From: Candidatus Micrarchaeia archaeon
GTDB taxonomy: Archaea; Micrarchaeota; Micrarchaeia; Burarchaeales; JACRGF01
Assembly: GCA_038870455.1 (NCBI GenBank)
Contig: JAWCPB010000031.1
Span: 1 to 12,128 of the forward strand
DNA: 12,128 nucleotides
Direction: 5' to 3'
Shown here: piece by piece, positions 1 to 5,967 of the stretch
How the letters are laid out: every line of letters begins with the position of its first letter
Position numbering within the stretch: the stretch's first letter is position 1
Translations under genes and position numbers: made by a program
Notes under the pieces: generated by a model
What the model saw: only the letters and a program-made list of their open reading frames with translations
Database searches by the model: none
What the model was told of the DNA's origin: nothing

Positions 1-123
1 GCAAGAGGTGACTCGACTAAAATACTCCCTTATTCTACTCGAGTCACCTCTTGTGAGGGGGGACACCTCCCCCCTTTGTCTTCCGTCAACGCTTTTTCGG
101 TTCGCCGAAAAAGGGTTGTTCGG
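1..123. repeat. Three consecutive inverted repeats (structured RNA end, terminator or palindromic element)
   Basis: Perfect 15-bp IR CAAGAGGTGACTCGA (2-16) / TCGAGTCACCTCTTG (39-53). 8-bp IR AGGGGGGA-cacc-TCCCCCCT (56-75). 9-bp IR CTTTTTCGG-ttcg-CCGAAAAAG (92-113), extendable by CAAC/GTTG (87-90/115-118). Function not determinable. Confidence 0.8.
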
Positions 124-135
124 CAGCTGTCGAGC

Positions 136-151
136 AGGAAGCAAATTAATT
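136..151 (+). promoter_or_regulatory. Putative archaeal BRE/TATA promoter of pyruvate kinase
   Basis: AATTAATT at 144-151 preceded by purine-rich CAGGAAGCA; it ends 23 nt before ATG 175, matching the spacing at other genes here. Confidence 0.55.
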
Positions 152-174
152 GTTTTTCCGCCCCAAGCTATGGC

Positions 175-1572
175 ATGAAGAAGACGAAGATCATCGCCAC
201 GCTGGGGCCCGCGTGCAGCTCGCAGGCTGTGCTCGCTAAGATGCACAAGGCCGGCATGGACGCGGTGCGCATTAATGTAGCGCACGGCAGCTTCGAAGAG
301 TACGAAGCTTACCTCAAGACCGTGCGTAGGATCGGCGAGATTCCGGTCGTCGTCGATGTCAAGGGGCCTGAGGTGAGGGTGAGGTGCTCAAAGCCTCTGG
401 CGTTCAAGGCCGGCGAGTCTTTCGAGGCGGGCTTCGCCCCTCCGTTCGACCCGTACTTCACGTTCAATTTCCTGAAGGACGTGAAGACGGGAGACCGCGT
501 GCTGTTCAACAACGGCCTGTTTGAAACACAGGTTTTTGAAAAAAAGAAGGACAGCGTCGTGCTGCTGGCCAACGCGGACGGGGTGATTGAGGACAGGAAG
601 GGAGTGAACATTCCGGGCGCGAGGGTGAGGCCGCCAGAGCTCTCTCCCAAGGACAGGAGGGCCATCGAGTGGGCGAGGGATAACGAAGTGGAGTTCATCG
701 CCCTTTCTTTCACGAGGAACGCGGAGGACGTGAGGAGGCTGCGCCACCTCCTCAAGTACAACGCCGCCATCCTCGCAAAGATAGAGAACCAGGAGGGGGT
801 CAGCAACATGGATGACATCATCAGGGCGGCCGAAGGGGTTATTGTGGCCAGGGGGGACTTGGGGGTCGAGCTGCCGCACGCCAAGATTCCCATGATACAG
901 AAGAGGATATTACAGAAGTGCAACGAGCACGCCAAGCTCGCCATAACGGCGACGCAGATGCTCGAGAGCATGATAACAAACCCCACCCCGACGAGAGCCG
1001 AGACGAGCGATGTGGCGAACGCGATTTTCGACGGAAGCGATGCGGTCATGCTGTCCGGAGAGACCGCTGTGGGCAGGTACCCTGTCAAGGCCGTGGAGGT
1101 CATGGCCGCAATCGCGAGGGAGGTTGAACCCTTCGTCCTGCCTACGATCAGGTCCGTGGCAGGGGGAAGCCTGTCGCGCGCCGTGAGCACGGCCGCCTCG
1201 CACGTGCTGTCTGACATCGCAGTGACAAAGGTGGTGTGCATAACGCGCACGGGCTACAGCGCGCGCGTGATAAGCGCGTTCAAGCCAAAGCAGGAAATCC
1301 TGGCTGTTACGACAGAGCCGCTCATAAAGAGGCAGCTTGAGCTCTCCTACGGTGTGACGCCCTTTCACTGCCCGGAGCTCATCAGCGGCGACAGGATAAT
1401 CACGGCGGCCAAGTTCCTGCTCGACAGGGAGGCGCTGCTGCTCTCAGACCGCGTGGTGTTCACCGCCGCCTTTCACACGCTCAGGATGCACGAGAGCAAC
1501 CTCATCGAAGTGCACGACATCGCCGAGCTCAAGGACTTCTTCTCGCACAGGGAAGTCGTGCAGAACCTCTAG
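175..1572 (+). CDS. pyk: Pyruvate kinase (465 aa)
   Basis: Starts MKKTKIIATLGP at ATG 175; the upstream TTG 76 extension crosses a hairpin and the promoter. Motifs RINVAHG, DVKGPEVR, AKIEN, VARGDLGVE, ATQMLESM, PTRAETSDVANA, DAVMLSGETA, TRTGYSA. Confidence 0.98.
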   Translation: MKKTKIIATLGPACSSQAVLAKMHKAGMDAVRINVAHGSFEEYEAYLKTVRRIGEIPVVVDVKGPEVRVRCSKPLAFKAGESFEAGFAPPFDPYFTFNFLKDVKTGDRVLFNNGLFETQVFEKKKDSVVLLANADGVIEDRKGVNIPGARVRPPELSPKDRRAIEWARDNEVEFIALSFTRNAEDVRRLRHLLKYNAAILAKIENQEGVSNMDDIIRAAEGVIVARGDLGVELPHAKIPMIQKRILQKCNEHAKLAITATQMLESMITNPTPTRAETSDVANAIFDGSDAVMLSGETAVGRYPVKAVEVMAAIAREVEPFVLPTIRSVAGGSLSRAVSTAASHVLSDIAVTKVVCITRTGYSARVISAFKPKQEILAVTTEPLIKRQLELSYGVTPFHCPELISGDRIITAAKFLLDREALLLSDRVVFTAAFHTLRMHESNLIEVHDIAELKDFFSHREVVQNL

Positions 1573-2018
1573 GTGGCCAGACGACGCTCGAGAAGCATGG
1601 TGCCCTGTTTTCTTTCCCGGGCTAACACAAAGCCGTGCGCTTGATAGAAGGAGAGGGCGCGCGTGTTCGCGGCTTTGGCGACAAGCCTGACCCTGACGAG
1701 CCCCAGCGAGCGCGCTTCAGAGGCCGCGCACTCCAGCAGAACGCCGCCCAGCCCGAGACCTTCAAAGGCGGGCGCCACGCCAAGGCCGTTGATGAACGCG
1801 CTCCGCCTTCCAATCCGCGCATCGGCGAAGCCGACAACGCGTCTTCCCGCCCTTGCCACAAGAACGAGCCTGTCTTTTTCCATGAGGGCTTGCTCGCTCA
1901 CGCGCGCGTTTCCGAAAAGCGAGCGGATGAGCGCTAGCACGCTCGCCGCCTCCCCCCGCCTCATCCTGCCAATAGAGAGCGAAAGCGCCCTGCCGGCGTG
2001 CAGCGGAAAGAATTTCAT
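1569..2018 (-). CDS. GNAT family N-acetyltransferase (RimI-like fold, 149 aa)
   Basis: VVGFA strand, motif A LGVAPAFEGLGLG, motif B NTRALSFYQAHGF. Its stop overlaps the pyk stop in CTAG (1569-1572). Confidence 0.9.
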   Translation of the reverse strand: MKFFPLHAGRALSLSIGRMRRGEAASVLALIRSLFGNARVSEQALMEKDRLVLVARAGRRVVGFADARIGRRSAFINGLGVAPAFEGLGLGGVLLECAASEARSLGLVRVRLVAKAANTRALSFYQAHGFVLARERKQGTMLLERRLAT

Positions 2019-2040
2019 AAAAACGGCTTGGCAACCGAAA

Positions 2041-2048
2041 TATTAAAA
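2041..2048 (-). promoter_or_regulatory. Putative TATA box of the GNAT gene
   Basis: TTTTAATA on the minus strand, 22 nt upstream of ATG 2018, in the short AT-rich gap after the HEAT gene. Confidence 0.6.
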
Positions 2049-2064
2049 CGGCGATGAACGCCGC

Positions 2065-3315
2065 CTACTTGCTGCTTTCGCTCCCGTTGGCGAAGAAATC
2101 CTTGGCCAGCTCGATGAAGCGCTCTCTCGCGGCCTCGCGGGCCCGGTTTGTGATGGCGAGCACCGCGTCAGAGGCCGCGTTCCTCACTTCGGCTGGCTCG
2201 TCGCGCTCGAGGAAGCCTGCCAGTGGCTCGAGCATGCGGTTGTCTCCGAGCCTGCCGATGAGGTTCAGCGCCAGAACACGGGCGTGGGCGGCTGCCCCGC
2301 CGTCTTCTGCCATGAGAAGGAGCCAGGGGAGGGCCTTGCCGCCGAAGCGCTCGAGCGCCCTGCAGGCGCAGCGCCTCACCGCCTCGCTTTCGTCCGCCAG
2401 CTTTGCGGCTATGAACGGAAGCGCGAGCTCGCTCTTCATTTCGGCCAGCGCGACGACTGCCCCTGCCCTCACCCTCTCGCTTTCCGAGCCGAACCCCCAC
2501 CAGACGATTGGAATCAGCGCGTCCAGCCCGAGTGCAGCGAGCGCGCGCACCGCGGTGGCGGCAACACCATTGTCTCCTGTTCTAATCTCCTCGAGGAGGT
2601 TCTTGACCTTGTTGTCGAACTGCTTCAGCGCGTCCAGCCTGCCGGGGAGCTCGGCCTCGACCTGTTCGGCCGACTTTCCCTCCAAGCCGGCTATGGCAGT
2701 GGCCATCTCGAGCTTTGCGTAAACGTTTTTCTCCAAGCCGTAGGCCCTTGCGAGCGGTCCGGCCACCTCGCGGCGCTTGAGATCCGAGAGCACCCTTGCG
2801 GCGCATATCCGCGCGCTCTCGTTTTTGGAGAACAGCGCGCGCAGTGCTGCAGGCAGGGCGTCCTCGCCGAACTTGAGTAGGGCAGAGGTGGCCATGTCGC
2901 GCACCTCCCCGTTGTCTTCCAAGAACATGGCGGATAGGAAGGGCGCTGCGAAGCCATCGGCCAGCTTGCCGGAGCGCTTGAGTTCTGCGATGCACTTGAT
3001 GCAGTAGCACTTCACGTTCGCGCTGCCATCCATCAGGTGGCGCAGGAGGGGAAGCAGCGCCCTCTCTCCGAAGGCGACAACCTCGGCGGCGTGAGCCTCG
3101 GCGTTTAGGTGATCGAACGCCCTGATTTTCTCCTCTATCCCATCACGCCCGCTGTTCTTGAATTTGTCGAGCAGCACTCTCAGCTTTGCAAAGTCCTGCG
3201 GCGTTTTGAGCACGGGCCTCTGGCCGTTCGCCGCCACCGGCCTGTTGTTGTTTCCCTCTAAAATGACGAAACCTCCCTTCCCGTTCTGCGAGCTAACGCC
3301 GTTCGTTTTCCACAC
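2065..3315 (-). CDS. HEAT-repeat (PBS-lyase/E-Z type) alpha-solenoid protein (416 aa, GTG start uncertain)
   Basis: Recurrent units such as EDNGEVRDMATSALLKFGEDALPAAL, SESERVRAGAVVALAEM, DESEAVRRCACRALERFG, VRVLAL-like HARVLALNLIGRLGD and EPAEVRNAASDAVLAI. Low-complexity N/G-rich N-terminus. Confidence 0.88.
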   Translation of the reverse strand: MWKTNGVSSQNGKGGFVILEGNNNRPVAANGQRPVLKTPQDFAKLRVLLDKFKNSGRDGIEEKIRAFDHLNAEAHAAEVVAFGERALLPLLRHLMDGSANVKCYCIKCIAELKRSGKLADGFAAPFLSAMFLEDNGEVRDMATSALLKFGEDALPAALRALFSKNESARICAARVLSDLKRREVAGPLARAYGLEKNVYAKLEMATAIAGLEGKSAEQVEAELPGRLDALKQFDNKVKNLLEEIRTGDNGVAATAVRALAALGLDALIPIVWWGFGSESERVRAGAVVALAEMKSELALPFIAAKLADESEAVRRCACRALERFGGKALPWLLLMAEDGGAAAHARVLALNLIGRLGDNRMLEPLAGFLERDEPAEVRNAASDAVLAITNRAREAARERFIELAKDFFANGSESSK

Positions 3316-3511
3316 CCTTGTTAGTTTTGTCTTGGGCGCTTTCGCCCACTAGCATGAGCTCCCCGCGCTTTGAAGCAAGCCTGCCCCCGGCCTTCTCGAG
3401 CCTGTCGGTAAGCGGCTTCATGGGAAACGCGTTCCCCTTGTCGTCGCACGCGAAATCCGCGCGCGCTGTTTTCGTCCTGTTCATTTTCCCAACCTTGCGT
3501 GCGCTGGCCAC
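3293..3511 (-). CDS. Small hypothetical protein (72 aa from GTG 3511, or 63 aa from ATG 3484)
   Basis: Fills the gap between the lipoprotein and HEAT genes on the same strand. Central codons are mostly G/C-ending like the real genes. Overlaps the HEAT start by 23 nt. No recognisable motif. Confidence 0.45.
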   Translation of the reverse strand: MASARKVGKMNRTKTARADFACDDKGNAFPMKPLTDRLEKAGGRLASKRGELMLVGESAQDKTNKGVENERR

Positions 3512-3535
3512 ACTGCCTTGACGCCCACGCGCCTT

Positions 3536-3739
3536 TCAGATGGGCGTCGGAAAGCCCTCTTCCACAAGCGAGGGCTCTGGAATCGCGCTGGCCTCGTTGA
3601 GCGCCGCGCTGACATTGTCGAGCTCGCCGGCTATCTGCTCCTGTGGAGTTGGGGGCGCGGGCGGCACGCCGAACCCAAGGCACCCGCCCAGCAACAACGC
3701 CGCTACCGCAAGCGCTGCGAGCGCGTGTGCAAGAGCCAA
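3536..3739 (-). CDS. Small lipoprotein-like membrane-anchored protein (67 aa)
   Basis: TTG 3739 lies 1 nt after the upstream TGA, with GGAGG (3750-3746) 6 nt upstream. MALAHALAALAVAALLLGGC is a hydrophobic signal with lipobox-like LGGC, followed by a Pro-rich linker and acidic helix with an NVS sequon. Confidence 0.75.
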   Translation of the reverse strand: MALAHALAALAVAALLLGGCLGFGVPPAPPTPQEQIAGELDNVSAALNEASAIPEPSLVEEGFPTPI

Positions 3740-3740
3740 C

Positions 3741-4874
3741 TCAATCCTCCTCTTCGCTTTCGCTGGCGCGCTCGTGCTCGTTTCTTTCGACACCTCTTCC
3801 AGCGCCGGTGACGTTCGCGCGCTCGCCCTTGCCTGTCTTGTTCGCGTCTTTGCTCTCGTTGTCTGTTTCGTCCTCAACCTCTGCGCTCTCATCTTCGGTC
3901 TCGTTCAGCGTGGCGTTGCCCACCTCGCCATCTTCGCCTTCGCCAGCGCGCTCCCTCGCCTCCTTGACTCCCTTTCTGGCCTGCTTGAGCGTCTCGACGG
4001 CTTCGCTGAGGCGCTGCCTGCACGCGCTCCTGTTGCCGCCGGGCCCGCACTCGCTCTTCGCTATCTGGACTATTTGTTCGACCGCGGCCAGCTTTTCGCT
4101 TACGCCGCTGACATTCACCCCGCGGTTCTCTAGCTCTGCAATCCTTTCCCTTGCCCTGCCGAAAACCTTGCGCGCCAGCTCGCTCGCGGCCGCAATGGTT
4201 TCCTGGCGGAATTCCTTGAACTTCCCGCGGATTTCCTCCTGCAGCTTCCTCACGGCCTCGCGGTCGCCGGAGTCGAAAGCCGCCTCGAGCTGCGGCCTGA
4301 TAGCCCTTATCTCATCAAGCGTGGCGCTGGCCTCTGTCAGGTCGCTGATGTTCTGTGCGGCGAGCCTCTCCGCCGTCCTGTTAAGGAAGGCCTCTGCGTT
4401 GCGCGCATGCCGGTCGAATGCAATCAGTGCGCCGGCTTTTGCGTGCGCCCAAGCCGTGTTGTTCAGCGCGGCGAGCCTCTGCGAGGCGTTGCGCACCCTC
4501 TCCTCCACTTTTTCCCTAAGCGATCTCTCGCGTCCGCGCGAGAGGTTTGCGGTTGTGTTGCGGAAGGCTCTGGCCGCTTCCCTGGCTTCCTCAAGGGCGG
4601 CTTCAAACGCTTCCTCATCGCCCTGCGAGGCGGCCTGGCCTGCTCTTGCGAGGGCAGCGATGAAATTGCCGCGTGCGGCCTGCAGGCCCTCGGAGCCGCC
4701 GATGTTATTGGCCTGCATGAAGCCGATGACCGCATCCATCTGCACGAGCACGTTCTCCGCGCTCGCGTTCAGGCTGCCGAGCTTTTCGGTCAGCTCGGCG
4801 CTCGCGTCATCCTCCTGCGCGGCAGCGAGCGGCGCGAGCACCGCAAGCGCGAACAGCGCAAAAAACTTTTTCAT
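3741..4874 (-). CDS. Secreted alpha-helical/coiled-coil glycoprotein with acidic tail (377 aa)
   Basis: Sec signal peptide MKKFFALFALAVLAPLAAA, A/E/R/L-rich amphipathic helices, 14 N-x-S/T sequons, one Cys pair, D/E-rich C-terminus. RBS GGTGAT and TATA box upstream. Confidence 0.9.
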   Translation of the reverse strand: MKKFFALFALAVLAPLAAAQEDDASAELTEKLGSLNASAENVLVQMDAVIGFMQANNIGGSEGLQAARGNFIAALARAGQAASQGDEEAFEAALEEAREAARAFRNTTANLSRGRERSLREKVEERVRNASQRLAALNNTAWAHAKAGALIAFDRHARNAEAFLNRTAERLAAQNISDLTEASATLDEIRAIRPQLEAAFDSGDREAVRKLQEEIRGKFKEFRQETIAAASELARKVFGRARERIAELENRGVNVSGVSEKLAAVEQIVQIAKSECGPGGNRSACRQRLSEAVETLKQARKGVKEARERAGEGEDGEVGNATLNETEDESAEVEDETDNESKDANKTGKGERANVTGAGRGVERNEHERASESEEED

Positions 4875-4878
4875 TCAA

Positions 4879-4922
4879 ATCACCGCGGGAGATGCGTTTT
4901 CCGGGGGTATTTAAACCTTCCG
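4879..4922 (-). promoter_or_regulatory. Archaeal promoter (BRE + TATA) and RBS of the secreted-protein gene
   Basis: Minus strand reads CGGAAGG-TTTAAATA (TATA 4915-4908), then GGTGAT (4884-4879) tttga-like spacer and ATG 4874. Confidence 0.8.
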
Positions 4923-4924
4923 CA

Positions 4925-4958
4925 GTAAAAAACCGTTCAAAACGCTTCAAGAAGGTTA
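4925..4958 (-). promoter_or_regulatory. Proximal 10-bp-phased degenerate GAAC array (putative operator)
   Basis: Plus-strand tetramers GTAA 4925, GTTC 4935, CTTC 4945, GTTA 4955. Contains CCGTTCAAAA (4933-4942), identical to 5180-5189. Confidence 0.5.
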
Positions 4959-5151
4959 ATGGGAACGCGGATTAGGCAATGACAGGAAAAACAGGGGAGT
5001 TTGCCGTGCAACAGCGAAACGGAGTTCCCTGGGGTTTGTTTGAACAACTCCGGGGATGCTGGCGCGCGCTGGCCGTCGGTTTTCTTCACGCCTGAAAGCC
5101 TCCTTTGTTCATGCCGGCCGGAAGGCGTTTCTCGCCTGAAGCGGTTTTTCG

Positions 5152-5195
5152 GTTATAAAACGTTCGCGAGCGTTCAGCGCCGTTCAAAAAAGTTC
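5152..5195 (-). promoter_or_regulatory. Distal TATA box with 10-bp-phased GAAC array (putative operator)
   Basis: GTTC at exactly 5162, 5172, 5182 and 5192 (CGTTC three times), plus GTTA at 5152. Adjacent TTTTATAA (minus) / TTATAAAA (plus) at 5153-5160. Confidence 0.65.
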
Positions 5196-5243
5196 GCGGG
5201 AGGCGGGCGGAGGCAGGGGGCGCGCGCGATTCCTCTCCAGTCC

Positions 5244-5260
5244 AAGGCAAGCTATTTATT
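5244..5260 (+). promoter_or_regulatory. Putative BRE/TATA of the regulator-ATPase-antiporter operon
   Basis: AAGGCAAGC-TATTTATT (5253-5260), ending 23 nt before ATG 5284. Confidence 0.55.
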
Positions 5261-5283
5261 CCCTCACGGACAGAAACAGGGCG

Positions 5284-5967
5284 ATGCGCGCACTTTTGCT
5301 GTTCGCGGCCGTGCTGCTGGCCGGGGTGGCTTCCGGCGAGAGAATCCACGGGGACATATACGAGTGGGAGAACCTTTCGAAAGTGAGCGGGGCGGTGGCG
5401 CGCGTTTACGCCAACGGCTCCCTCTTGCATCAGGAAGTGGTTTCTTCGCCGTACTCGCTCACGCTGCCTCCCGGCGCGTACCGCGTTGAAGTGAGCTGGC
5501 GGACCAAGGGAGGCGAGGAGCTGAGCGCGGAGGAGAACGTCACCCTCCCAGCCGGCGCGGACGTGCGCCTCGACCTCCTGCTTCTCCCAAGGCTTGAGGA
5601 GATTGTTGGCGGGGCCGAGGAGCCGCGGCTGCTTGAGGAGGGTTTTGCTCCTCCGAGCGCGCCGGCGCAGACCCAGCCGGACATAATCCCTTTTGTCGCG
5701 GGCGCGCTCATCGCGCTCGCGCTCATCCTCGCGCTCATCTACTTCTTCAGGGCGAGGGGGCGGCCCTCCAGGAAAGAGATCGAATTCAACGACAAGCTGC
5801 GCGTGCTCGCGTTCATACAGGAAAAGGGCGCGGTGAGGCAGAGCGAGCTGGCGGCAAAAACAGGATGGTCGCGCGCGAAAGTGAGCATGCTGCTCGCCGA
5901 GCTTGAGCGGGAGAAGAGGATAGCGCGCGAGAAGATCGGCAGGGAGAAGATAGTGAGGGCGGTTTGA
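5284..5967 (+). CDS. Membrane-anchored winged-helix transcriptional regulator (COG2512-like, 227 aa)
   Basis: Signal peptide; small beta-rich external domain (YSLTLPPGAYRVEV, carboxypeptidase-regulatory-like); Pro-rich linker; TM IIPFVAGALIALALILALIYFF followed by RARGR; C-terminal wHTH VRQSELAAKTGWSRAKVSMLLAELEREKRIAREKIGRE. Confidence 0.88.
   Translation: MRALLLFAAVLLAGVASGERIHGDIYEWENLSKVSGAVARVYANGSLLHQEVVSSPYSLTLPPGAYRVEVSWRTKGGEELSAEENVTLPAGADVRLDLLLLPRLEEIVGGAEEPRLLEEGFAPPSAPAQTQPDIIPFVAGALIALALILALIYFFRARGRPSRKEIEFNDKLRVLAFIQEKGAVRQSELAAKTGWSRAKVSMLLAELEREKRIAREKIGREKIVRAV

Noticed and set aside
1-123. Assignment of the hairpins to a specific IS200/IS605 end, DGR hairpin or tRNA
   Set aside because: No transposase, reverse transcriptase or cloverleaf visible in the window; left unassigned.
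76-174. 33-aa N-terminal extension of pyruvate kinase from TTG 76
   Set aside because: It runs through a hairpin and the TATA box; the family N-terminus (KTKIIATLGP) begins at ATG 175.
3740-3892. 118-aa version of the lipoprotein ORF
   Set aside because: The extension overlaps the upstream gene; TTG 3739 with GGAGG gives a proper N-terminal signal peptide.
4979-4993. CFSCH as a c-type heme-binding CxxCH motif in the 50-codon ORF
   Set aside because: No export signal, doubtful coding status and no maturation genes in view; likely chance.
5105-5140. GGCCGGAAGG resembling the SRP RNA helix 8 loop
   Set aside because: The flanking conserved CAGG/AGCA internal-loop bases and the long closing helices are not present.
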